A program made the position numbers and the translations under genes. Shown here one piece after another: positions 24,095 to 35,317 of a DNA stretch of 64,000 nucleotides; the stretch's first letter is position 1; each line of letters starts with the position of its first letter. The DNA is from Cladosporium halotolerans (lineage: Eukaryota). The stretch is from contig NW_027191452.1 in assembly GCF_011745625.1 (NCBI RefSeq), positions 1,116,001-1,180,000 on the forward strand, read 5' to 3'. The notes beneath the pieces are model-generated. The model had not been told where the DNA came from. It saw nothing but the letters and a program-made list of their open reading frames with translations, and made no database searches.

Positions 24095-25349
24095 GGCTGT
24101 TGCTTCTGTATTGGCTTCAGAGACAGTCAACTCGGTTTGCCGGCTCAATGAAACGTTCAGGTGATAGAATGTCAGGATAAAAGAGGGCAAAGTGAGTGAT
24201 GCATGAGAAAACGACGGAGAGGGAAAGACAGGTCAATGTGCAATATTTGTAGACGGCGAAAGACGCGTGACAAGTAAGACCAACTGAGAAGCATAAGCGT
24301 CAGCTTACTTGGGAGGTCTATGTCAAACGATCTGTCAAGGGTATGGGCGCGCAGCGACCCTAGCTACTGCGGTGGCATGCATGCATGAACTGACTGGCTC
24401 CCAAGACCTGGCTGGCATGGTCCAAGCGAGTGTCATTTTGCGATAGCCGATCTGTACCAGGTCGTTGAAGAGAGTGACGTTAAGCTGCAATTGAATGTAT
24501 CTAATATGTGTCAGCACATCTGGGAAGGTCCGCGCTGAGTTTCTCTTGAGGGACGTATCTACGTAATCAGGGTGATGATTGGGTCTTCACTGTGGTTACA
24601 CAACCGCAGTCTTTGAGTCTGGCTGGGATTACTCGTTCACTTGGCACATGACAGTTGTGCCAGCTCAGTGCCGTACAGAATACCTAGGTAGGCTGGCAAC
24701 TCTCCCAGTTCAGAATGGGTGTACCAGGTCCAGGAATAGGCATGGCACCTTCTACTCATCTCATTCGTTTCTGCACAGTTAAGAGAGGCGCATGACGAGC
24801 TCCTTTACTCTTTCCGCAGTGTCCGGCATAAGTGTAATCGATAATTCAATCAGTAAATGCAATGAAATGATTCTGGGGTGGAGCCTTGCATGCCGCGGAC
24901 ATGGGGATGCTGTTGCTGATCTGGGCATCACTCCACATCACACGATAGCGGTTGCGCGTATGCGTACTCAGGGTTCTGGGTGCTGCACGAATGAGCTTCT
25001 ATCAGTGAACAGGTATCCCGACAGACGTGAGGCTCGACGAGATCGCACGCAAGAAGCGCGCGTGCGGTCGTGAAGAGGGATGTCATGTGACCAGACTTCG
25101 GACGACGTTTGGCGAGGGGCAGCCGCAGCCGCACCCCGGCGTTCGTTACGCACGGTGTCTGGATCCATGGGGCATGCGCCGACCGTAAGCCAAGATTATT
25201 CACTGCCGCGCTTCGACATCATTGTCCATTCCCCTCGACCAGCTGGACAGACGCTCGATTGACGCCCAGGATAACGGTCGCATGAGACCAAACATACCAG
25301 CACCAAACAGAGTCGATTGCACGAGGTCCCCGCGGCTGGCACAAGCACA

Positions 25350-28128
25350 ATGAGCTCTCGTATGATCGGACGCGCAAGCCTGGTGGGCATGACAATTATC
25401 GCTAACTTCTTGGTCTGTAGTCAAGCAATTCATCCGTAATGTGCGAGCCGCGAAGACTATCGCCGACGAAAGAGCGGTTGTGCAAAAGGAGAGCGCGGCC
25501 ATAAGAGCTAGCTTTAGGGAGGAGAGCCACAACTCAGATCTGCGGTATGAAATACCATGTACACCCAGCGCTGAATCGACGAGCTTATACGGTCAACAGG
25601 AGAAACAATGTTGCGAAACTCTTGTACCTGTTCACCCTCGGCGAGCGAACACATTTTGGACAAATAGAATGCCTGAAGCTTCTCGCCTCACCGCGATTTG
25701 CGGACAAGCGTTTGGGCTACCTGGGAACGATGTTGTTACTGGACGAGAATCAAGAGGTTTTGACGCTCGTGACGAACTCTCTGAAAAAGTAGGGATCTTG
25801 TGGTCAAGGTGATTGTAGACTTGCAGCTGACCGAAGCAGTGATCTCAACCACAACAATCAGTACATTGTCGGCCTTGCGCTCTGCACCCTAGGAAACATC
25901 GCCAGTATCGAAATGGCCCGAGACTTGTTCCCTGAAGTCGAGACCATCCTTGCCTCCTCGAATCCATACATCAGGCGAAAAGCTGCCCTTTGCGCGATGC
26001 GCATTTGCAGGAAGGTCCCCGATTTGCAGGAGCACTTCATTGACAAAGCCAAAGTGCTACTCAATGACAGGAACCATGGCGTCATGCTTACTGGCCTTAC
26101 TCTGGTCACGAGCATGTGCGAGGCTGATGAGGAAGAAGGCGGCGAGCAAGGAGTGGTGGATATCTTCAGACCTGTGACTGGCAGTCTGGTGAAAACACTC
26201 AAGGGGCTTTCGCAGTCGGGCTATGCTCCGGAGCATGATGTTACGGGCATCACAGATCCGTTCTTGCAAGTCAAGATCCTGCGCTTGCTCAGGATACTCG
26301 GAACCGGCGACGCGCGTATCAGTGAGCAGATCAACGACATTCTTGCGCAAGTTGCAACCAACACAGACTCCTCCAAGAACGTCGGCAATTCAATCTTATA
26401 CGAAGCCGTCTTGACGATTCTCGACATCGAAGCAGACTCTGGCCTTCGCGTGCTTGGCGTCAACATTCTCGGAAAATTCCTGACCAACAAAGACAACAAC
26501 ATTCGCTATGTTGCTCTGAACACGTTGATCAAGGTTGTTGCGATTGAGCCCAACGCGGTTCAAAGACACCGAAACACCATCCTCGACTGCCTGCGCGATC
26601 CCGATATCAGCATCCGAAGGAGAGCTCTCGATCTCAGTTTCACTCTCATCAATGAAAGCAATGTCCGCGTTCTCATCAGAGAACTACTGGCCTTCTTGGA
26701 GGTGGCAGATGCAGAGTTCAAGCCCATCATGACCTCACAGATCGGTATTGCTGCAGACCGGTTCTCACCTAACAAGAGATGGCATGTGGACACTATGATG
26801 CGGGTGCTGAAGCTTGCTGGCAACTACATCAAAGAGCAGATCCTTTCGTCCTTCGTCCGTCTCATCGCGACAACACCCGAACTTCAGACATACTGCGCGC
26901 AAAAGCTATACTCGGCGCTGCGCGACGACATCAGCCAAGAAGGACTGAACCTGGCAGGAGCTTGGGTCATCGGTGAATACGGTGATGCGTTGATTCGAGG
27001 CGGCTCGTACGAGGAGGAGGAACTCGTGAAGGAAGTCAGGGAGAGCGAAATCGTCGACACTTTCCAAGCCATCCTTCACTCGAGCTACGCCGGACAGAAC
27101 GTAACGGAGTACATTGTCACTTCGGCGATGAAGCTCACAACCCGCTTGCAAGATTCAGCACAGATCGACCGCTTGCGTCGGATCCTACTCAGCTATCAGA
27201 CAAATTTGAACATCGAGGTACAGCAGCGTGCTGTTGAGTACGGCAACCTCTTTGCTTACGACCAGATAAAGAAAGGTGTCCTCGAGCGGATGCCGCCACC
27301 TGAGATCAGGGAAGAGCAGAGAGTTCTTGGTGAAGCTACGAAGAAGCGCAACAGCAGAGCGCCCGCGAAGAAGAAGCCCAGCCAGATCACAGAGCAGGAT
27401 ATGCTTCTTGACTTGATGGGTGGTGATTCATCAATGCCGACGACGGACACCAGCGCAACTGTCAACGGGTCAGCAAACAATGCTGACCTGTTGGCAGATA
27501 TTCTAGGTGGTGATTCTATGGCTTCCCCGCCACAGTCAACTGCCAGCCCTGTCAATGGCGCATCGTCCCAGCAGAACAACATGTCCTCAATCATGGATCT
27601 TTTCGATTCAGGCTCTACCAGCACGCCCCAGCCACAGCCGCAGAGACCGCCGATGCAATCGTCAGCCTCCAACGACCTTTTCGGGGGCATGGGTAGCCCT
27701 CCTCCTCAACAGCAATCACAACAGGCTTCAGCTCCCACGCACACGGCTTACGACAAGAACGATCTGTCTGTCACATTCACGGTACAACGCAACGCACAAG
27801 CGGTGCAGGTCATGGCGCGGTTCAAGAACCAAGGTAGTTTTGAGAACATCGGCGCTCTCAATTTGCAGGCCGCCGTGCCCAAATCACAGAAACTGCAACT
27901 GCAGGCCATCAGCAGTGCAGATCTCGAGGGAGGTCAAGAAGCCCAGCAGCAGATGAGAGTAACAAGTGTCCAAGGGGTAAGCCATCATCGATATCATCTT
28001 GCCTTCTTCTTATGCTAACTACTTTTCAGCCTCCTCCCGCCAAGCTCCGCCTGCGATTAAGGCTTACATACTCGAAAGACGGCGGTGCGCCTCTGACGGA
28101 ACAGATAGATTGGTCAGAGCCTGCTTGA
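25350..28128 (+). CDS. APL4: AP-1 complex gamma adaptin (4 introns)
   Basis: '[28 protein letters not shown]', '[10 protein letters not shown]', '[12 protein letters not shown]', hinge and ear domain. Confidence 0.95.
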
Positions 28129-28387
28129 TAGACTCAACGGCTACTGAAGTTCTGTGTGCCGGCGGATTACAGAAATAGTGCTGCGTTCAGCGTTGCATCA
28201 TTCATGGGTAGCAATGCATCCCTCGTAAGAAGATCTCCCCGAACCTCACCGCTGCATCGACAAGACATCATTTTGCGTCTTCTTCATCAATGCCTCTTCG
28301 CGTGCATAGGTCCCAATAGATTGTAGACGTCTTCAGGCATTGCCCCCCGTATACATGAAATAAGCATCAACTATAGATGGGATTGCT

Positions 28388-29155
28388 TCATGCCTTGCCC
28401 TTGCCCTTTGCCCAGCTCGCGGGAGCTTCTTTGACGATCTTGCCATCTTGCACCAGTACTCCGAGGCCAGTTCGGTCTTCAACTCTCTGGAAAAGTTCAA
28501 GTGGCACCAGACCGTTCTTGTCGCCTTCCGTGAGAAGGACGCCGTTGTCGCTGAGTCCGAAGGTCAGCCCGGCATCCATCGCGCGAGCCACATCTAGGAA
28601 GACCAGGATTGTCGAAGTCTTTCGCATTCCTGAAATTACCGGAGCAGCGGTCTGCGTGGCCTCATCGTGCTCAACGATCGACGTGAAGCCCGCAGGCAAG
28701 CCAGAAGCGAAGTGCACGTGGTTGCGGCCCATGGCTTTCAAGCCCCCGGAAGAGACGATCAGACCCCAGGCCGCGTGAGTGGTGCCGTGGACTGCTGTAG
28801 CAGGCGCGTTCTCTTTCGTGACGGGCGTCAGCAAACCTTCGGATTCCATCTTGACCGAGTGGCCCTGGTTGGCGCGGATCAAAAAGTCGGACGGTTTATC
28901 GGAGGCGGCGTCTGTGTCGGGCTTGGGCATCATGGTGTACCGCTGCTTCTCGTCGGCGGCGACGACTTCTTTCATTTCGGCGAAGGTGATCTTCATGGAC
29001 TTAAATTTGCGGTTGGAGATCACGTCGGCGGCGTTCAAGAAGCCGCCGTCGAGGAACTGCAGGCCTTCTTCTTCTGCGCCGTGGCGCAAGAGCCAGGACA
29101 TCTTTTTAGATACCTGCGTCGCGCGAGGAAGGGGCTCGCGGTTACCGCGCGCCAT
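28388..29155 (-). CDS. TPT1: tRNA 2'-phosphotransferase
   Basis: 'SKKMSWLLRHGA', 'KQRY', 'IRANQGHS', 'HGT', 'MGRNHVHFA', 'SDNGVLLT'. Confidence 0.95.
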   Translation of the reverse strand: MARGNREPLPRATQVSKKMSWLLRHGAEEEGLQFLDGGFLNAADVISNRKFKSMKITFAEMKEVVAADEKQRYTMMPKPDTDAASDKPSDFLIRANQGHSVKMESEGLLTPVTKENAPATAVHGTTHAAWGLIVSSGGLKAMGRNHVHFASGLPAGFTSIVEHDEATQTAAPVISGMRKTSTILVFLDVARAMDAGLTFGLSDNGVLLTEGDKNGLVPLELFQRVEDRTGLGVLVQDGKIVKEAPASWAKGKGKA

Positions 29156-29711
29156 TGTCGTCAGTGGACGGGGCGTGATTGTCTTTGGATCCGGTCTTGG
29201 AATTCTATTCTTTCTTGAGAGCTGTGCGCAGAGTGGGTGACGGCTTTTTGTGCTGCTGATATAAGAAAAGTGGTATATCGCGCCGGCTCCGCCTAAGACG
29301 TTGATGAAGCGCTGTCGACTCTTGATGGTGTTTTCGAATTTCAGTCTCTAAATGCGTATTCGTCTGGCTGGTTCCTCATGGATTGCTCTCGCAGCATGAT
29401 GGACTCATTGCTGCCGTCTTACTGCTGGTGTTCTTCGAGTAGAGGCGATTGGCTGGCGTCGACGGTACGCTAAGGGCTGGCTGCAGATGCCCTTCAAGGC
29501 TGAGGACGCAAGGCTCGCCAGGCACCGCCACTGGCTGCAAAAGTCCAGACGTGGCTGCGTGGCTGCCTCGGTGTGGAAGCTACGTCACATCCTGCTCATG
29601 CCCGCAAGTACTCCGCGCCAAAACAAAACCCTCCAAATCTTTCGTCTTCCCTGAACAATAGGCGCCTTCACCAACCTTCCTCGTTGCTGTCTGCCTGTTT
29701 GCGTCTTTCTT

Positions 29712-30758
29712 ATGGCGACTCGACGGTCCAGAGCGAAAGTCGAGATTCCTATCTCTGACGCTGCAAATGCTTCTCATCGTCCACAAGCAAGCAGCTCAAC
29801 TTCAGGCATGACCCAAATCGACTCTCCTGCGGCCTCACCATGGCTACCTACACCCCTCGAAGCTATTCTTCTCTCACTTTTCCCCGGTACTCTCATCTTG
29901 GGGTCTCTTTTCAGCACTCTCACTGTCAACGACAAGGCTACACCTTACGACGCCGCACTGCAAAGCTATGCGGCGGAACATGCGCCTAGCTATTTCGCAA
30001 AGAAGAGCAACATTTTCAATGTATACTTTGTCAAGATTGGTTGGGTCTGGATAACTGCGGCTTTTGCCCTCTTCATTGCAAGCCACAGGGGCCTGGGACC
30101 AAGCTTTCAGGTCACAACGAGAAGGCTGCAAGCGGCCGCACGATACGCTTGCGTGACATTCGTCTGGATTTTCGTCACGCAATGGTTCTTCGGGCCTGCG
30201 CTTATCGACCGCGGCTTTCGACTCACGGGTGGGCAATGCGCGGTCATGCTATCCAAAGACCCAGTCTCGGAAGCGAAGAAGGCGGACATGAGCGATCTAA
30301 GGGAGGCCCTTTCGCACGCGGCTTGTAAGGCAGCCGGCGGTAGATGGATGGGTGGCCACGACATCAGCGGACACGTCTTCCTGCTGATCCTTGGAAGTGG
30401 AATGCTTTGGTTTGAGCTGCTGCCGGTGGTGGCCAGATGGACTGGTCTGCGAGAGGCACGTCGCATCAACTCCAGCGATGGTCGAATACTGAGTGCGAGT
30501 GCGGAGACACTCGCATCCGAGAGTCAAGGGCACAAGGGCAGCATAGAGGTGCCTCAAGAGCTGGGAGTTGGAGCGAAGCTTGCAATGGGTGTAGCCGCAG
30601 TCAGCTGGTGGATGCTCCTCATGACGGCCGCATACTTCCACACATGGTTCGAGAAGTTCACGGGCTTCATGCTTGCATCCACTGCATTGTATGCTATATA
30701 CCTGCTGCCGCGAGGATTGCCCATCATGAGGCAGGCGATTGGGATGCCTGGAATATAG
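29712..30758 (+). CDS. SCS3: FIT-family acyl-CoA diphosphatase / inositol phospholipid synthesis protein
   Basis: 'YFAKKSNIFNVYFVKIGW', 'QWFFGPALIDR', 'GHDISGHVFLL', 'YFHTWFEK'. Confidence 0.92.
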   Translation: MATRRSRAKVEIPISDAANASHRPQASSSTSGMTQIDSPAASPWLPTPLEAILLSLFPGTLILGSLFSTLTVNDKATPYDAALQSYAAEHAPSYFAKKSNIFNVYFVKIGWVWITAAFALFIASHRGLGPSFQVTTRRLQAAARYACVTFVWIFVTQWFFGPALIDRGFRLTGGQCAVMLSKDPVSEAKKADMSDLREALSHAACKAAGGRWMGGHDISGHVFLLILGSGMLWFELLPVVARWTGLREARRINSSDGRILSASAETLASESQGHKGSIEVPQELGVGAKLAMGVAAVSWWMLLMTAAYFHTWFEKFTGFMLASTALYAIYLLPRGLPIMRQAIGMPGI

Positions 30759-31472
30759 GCCTAGAATGATAGATGTGTACTATTGTTCTGACCATGTCCT
30801 GCGGATTAGTGCGAAGTGATCTAATAAGTGTTGCTGTTCATTATAAGTTTCTATCTCACATGCTCTGCTCTGTTTAATAACACTGCACGGCGTCCAATGT
30901 AACCCGCAAACGCGTAATGGGAAGCCACGGGACGAAGAGAGATACTGATACAGAGCTAGATGTAATCAGAAAAATTACGGAACTCTTCGGTGTTCCACGA
31001 AGAAGATCTCCGAGGAATCTTCGATTTCTCATTAGATCCTCAACATCGTCCTCAACATCGTAGAAGAACATAGCGTGTCATGCCATCCTCACCACCTCAT
31101 GAACTAGACTTTCCCTGAGAGAGTCCATTCTATTGGCTGTAAGCTTTCATGTACAAATATGCGTACCTTATTGGACACTAGGTTTCCGACTCAAGGCCAG
31201 GTACAGAGCTGAAGAGGAGCTGACCGTGGCGTCATTCATCCCTGCAAGGCGGCAGGCGGCAGCAGCTTACCCTGAAATGTCTCCTACAAACAACGTTTCC
31301 TCTGGCTCCGCTCGATCGCCGCTCACTACTCCCTAGCGCCGTCCGGATCGTCAGGTGCAACTCATTCCACCACGCCTGTTCGTTGCACATACCTACCTAC
31401 ATCCATTGCCCACCCAATACCGCTTTCTTCGCGCCCGGTGCGCGAATTGCGAACATCGCCGCGTCCGCGACA

Positions 31473-32632
31473 ATGCAGTTACTGTACTACTCTCTGGCCC
31501 TGTACCTGTCCCTGACCTCAGCCGATCCGGCTCCCGCGAAAGCGTCAGACACACCACGCGAACCATGCACTATCCGCTCGCCCACCAGCGGCGCATTTTT
31601 TGACCTTAACCCATTACATATCCTCCCGCCTGCGGAGTCGAAGTCCAAGCATCCGCGCGAGATCAGTTGGAACGCGACAGGCTACGACTATGGATACAAC
31701 TTCACGATGAACTTCTGCGGGCCGGTGCTCGAGAACATCACGGATGTTGTGGGAGTGAAGGAGGAGTCATGGAAGAACGTGAGCGCGTTTTACAAGGACG
31801 ATCATGGCAAGATCTACAGCATTGGGCAGGAGAACCATGCGCCGGTACTGAGGGGCAGGAAGCTGGTTCTGAACTATACGAGAGGCTCGCCTTGTGGCGC
31901 TTCGAGCAAGAGCAGAAGGAGTGTTGATCTATTGAGTGAGAGAGAGATCGTTGACGACGACGACGACGACGATGACAAGAAAGACAAGGACAAGGGCAAG
32001 GGCAAGGGCGACGACAAGGATAAGGATGAAGACAAACCATCCAAGTCCAAGGAGCCCGCCAAAGACGAGCGCAGGAAGAGCACCATCATTTCCATGCTCT
32101 GCGACCGCGACCCAATGTCTCCCCAGCTGACGCTCAACTTCGTCGGCGCCGACCCAGACCAGTGCACTTACTTCTTCGAGGCGCGCTCGTCAGCCGCCTG
32201 CGGCGGCATCGAAGTCGCCAAGCAGACGCTCTCGCCCGGCGGCGTCTTCGGCGTGATCGCCATCATCGCCATCATCGTCTACATTGTCGGCGGCTGCGTC
32301 TACAGCCGCATGGTCCTGCAGCAGCGCGGCTGGCGCCAGCTGCCCAACTACGCCCTGTGGGCGGGCATCGGCAGTTTCCTGAAGGTACCGTTCAAACGCC
32401 CTTTCAAAGGTCTCTAATCCACTTCGTTTTGGCGCGTGCTGACCTTCGCGTCCAACAGGATGTCTTCATCATCCTCACGTCCTCTTGCGCGCGCTGCATG
32501 CCCTCCAGGCGAGGATACAGCCGCGTGAACACCGGTTTCGGGGGCTCGGGCGGTGGTAGGAGAGCGAGGGGCGACAGCAGTGATGCGGAGAACAGGCTGA
32601 TCGATGAGCTTAATGAGGAATGGGACGATTAA
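31473..32632 (+). CDS. MRL1: Mannose-6-phosphate receptor-like protein; intron 32385-32458
   Basis: Signal peptide, MRH-type Cys pattern, TM helix, 'RGWRQLPNY', C-terminal 'ENRLIDELNEEWDD'. Confidence 0.88.
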
Positions 32633-32842
32633 GATCGGCCTGATCATCTATCGCGCCCACGAGTGGCGTTTATGGTCTTCCGGGTGTCAATTCATAATTG
32701 ATAGAGGATTCTTCGATTGTATCAAGAGTTTGACTGCTTTTCGTCTTTGATCTGTAAACCTAGGAAACAGCCTCCTGTCCACCAAATTCTGACGATCGGT
32801 GGTTGCACACTGTCCTGGAAACCCTTGAAAATAATGATACAA

Positions 32843-34597
32843 TTACATGTTCGTCGCCCATTGATCTCCCTTGCCTCCTTCTTCCTCACTCGCCACAGCA
32901 ACAGTGACATTCCCCGTTTCCTTGCCCTTCGTGTCCACCGTCTTGAACGTGTACTTGCCGCCACGCCAAAGATCCTTGAGCGTCAGCTCTCTGGTGCGCT
33001 GGAGTGACTCGATGTCACCAATACGGTCAAGAGTCGCCTCCAAGTGCTCCTCGAAGCCCTCCTCCGAGCAGATCTCGCGGAAAGCGTTCATCATGGGGAC
33101 GGAGTCGGCGCGCACGCGCGCCTTGGAGTCGATGGTGAAGATGTTGATCGCGTCGTAGTCCTGGATGAAGTCCGCGCGCGTCATGATGTAGCGCGCCTCG
33201 TGCAGCGGGATCTGCGGCAGGATGTGGCCGTGCTCGACGTGATAGACGGCCTCCATTTCCTTCTCGCGGTCGACGAGCGCCTTGGCCAGCACCATTGCGG
33301 CCGAGGCGTACTTCTGCTGATCCATGACGTCGTCGTCCATCTCGTCGCCGAGGATCCAGCACTGGTTGAGGAACCAGGTCTTCTCCAGCCGGCAGATCTC
33401 GTTGCAGGTGTCGATCATGTCGTGTGATTTGGCGACGCGGCTGAGGTAGCTAATGCGACCACCGACTTTGTCGTAGACCTGCTCGAGAATGGAAAGATCG
33501 GGGTCATCGTGGCGGTAGCGGACGCGGTAGTTCTTCAGTGCTTGCATGGCTTGCGTCTTGGGGAGGTCCATGATCGGGATTACGTGCATGCGAGTCGCAT
33601 AGCGCTTCAGCCGTTCGTAGACCCAGTAATCGTCACTGTTGAAGACCACGGTGACCAGGTTGCTCGCCGCCCATTGTTCAGCGCGCTGCTGGAGGAGCTC
33701 GAGCAGATCCTGGCCCTCTTCGTTGTTGCGGACCAGATGCATCGAATTCACGATCAGGATGAGCGGGCGTCCAATCTTCTCGCGGCGACGGAGGGCGATC
33801 TTCTCCATTTTGTTGAAAGCACGCTCGATGTCGAGCAAGGCATTGGCATCTCGAGGACCGCGGATGGAAAAGAGAGAGCCTATGTTGTCCTCGTGGAATT
33901 CAAAGTCAAGGGCTTTTCCAAGACGGATGCGAAAGATCTCAGGGTCGGCGTGCGCTTCGAACATGGCGACGCCCTCGCCGTCGATTTTCGCCATCGCGTC
34001 AATCAGCATACTGGACTTGCCGGTTCCCTTCTCACCGACGAGTAGGTGATACTGGCCCTTAAGCCTGCCGTGGACAATCTCGTCGATGAGACCTTGTTCC
34101 TCACGAAGGACCCAGTGCTCGCGGTTGCTGTCTTCATCGCCCAGGTAACCCAAGCCAGTGGCAGATCCTGACTTTGCTGCGGCTGCCAGGTCCAGGACTG
34201 GATCTCCCGGTCTGAAAGCACCTTCCATTTTCTCGAGGATCATGTACTTGTAGTAGCGAGTGTAGCCATAACCGACCGCGCCGAGGATAGCGACCGATGC
34301 TGCGGTGGTGAGGGCAGACTCGGCCATTTTGTGAGCCGTTGAGCGCCATGATGATTCGTCGCCACCGCCGCCGCCTTTGGATTTTTTGGAGTCGTCTTCT
34401 TCGTTAGGGTCATCAGGTGGGCCTGGAAGGTTGGGACCCGGAGGTTGCTGAACGGATGCGAAGCGTTTTTGTGAGACGGCCGCTGGGCCATCACGGATAG
34501 CTGCAGCGGAGGGCACACGGAGGTTGCATCTCACGGCATTGAGAGATCGCTGCCGCGTGGCGATAGAAAGAAGCTTTAATGAATGTAGTGGAGGCAT
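32843..34597 (-). CDS. P-loop (AAA-like) membrane-anchored protein, probably mitochondrial
   Basis: Arg-rich presequence-like N-terminus, one TM, Walker A 'GEKGTGKS'; 584-aa ORF with high GC3. Confidence 0.8.
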   Translation of the reverse strand: MPPLHSLKLLSIATRQRSLNAVRCNLRVPSAAAIRDGPAAVSQKRFASVQQPPGPNLPGPPDDPNEEDDSKKSKGGGGGDESSWRSTAHKMAESALTTAASVAILGAVGYGYTRYYKYMILEKMEGAFRPGDPVLDLAAAAKSGSATGLGYLGDEDSNREHWVLREEQGLIDEIVHGRLKGQYHLLVGEKGTGKSSMLIDAMAKIDGEGVAMFEAHADPEIFRIRLGKALDFEFHEDNIGSLFSIRGPRDANALLDIERAFNKMEKIALRRREKIGRPLILIVNSMHLVRNNEEGQDLLELLQQRAEQWAASNLVTVVFNSDDYWVYERLKRYATRMHVIPIMDLPKTQAMQALKNYRVRYRHDDPDLSILEQVYDKVGGRISYLSRVAKSHDMIDTCNEICRLEKTWFLNQCWILGDEMDDDVMDQQKYASAAMVLAKALVDREKEMEAVYHVEHGHILPQIPLHEARYIMTRADFIQDYDAINIFTIDSKARVRADSVPMMNAFREICSEEGFEEHLEATLDRIGDIESLQRTRELTLKDLWRGGKYTFKTVDTKGKETGNVTVAVASEEEGGKGDQWATNM

Positions 34598-35317
34598 TGT
34601 CCCCGAGAAAGTGATGCGCAGAGCTCAAAACATAACCTGCGCCGCCACGGCGACTTCCCTAAAGGCTTTTCCGGCACGGCCAGACCCAGAACACCTCACA
34701 GCAAAGGAAACGAAAATTGTGTAGAGAACAAAGCGAATGGTGGGTTGGTATCACAGCGGAAAGACGACGATGAAACACGGCGTCTCCAGGAGATCTAGGT
34801 AGGCCCGCGTCTTGGCTGGTGGCTTAGACAGCAGCTTAACGTGCGGCGTGGCAGGTCGAGACAGGGCTAGCAGCACGGCGGTTGTGCTTCGTGGTAGAAT
34901 TGACGACCGGCCGTCAATTCTTGACTATTGCAGTCGAAGGCACGCCCGCCATCCCCGCGTACATCCTCAAAGCTCCCCGGCCTGCAGATGGTCGGTGGTG
35001 CCGCCTCCACCCACTGCCTTCGTCCGAGAGCCGCAGCCGCGGAGCAGAGGGCGGCGTTTCGGCGGATGTCGGGGATGTCGGGAGTGCCTGGAGTCGTCCC
35101 CAGGTCATAGCGTAGGGATGGGACGAAAGTTTGTTTGATTTTGTAGTAGATCGACTCCTTGCAGACTCGCTTCTCTTCATCACCACTCTGTACATTTCGT
35201 CGGCGCTTGTATTATAGTAGATTCGACTTCTCGGCGCTTGTTTCACTCTCCTTCTTTCATCGCGGTTTCCATCCAGAATTCCATTGGCTTGCGGCTCGGA
35301 GCGAAGACGACATCAAC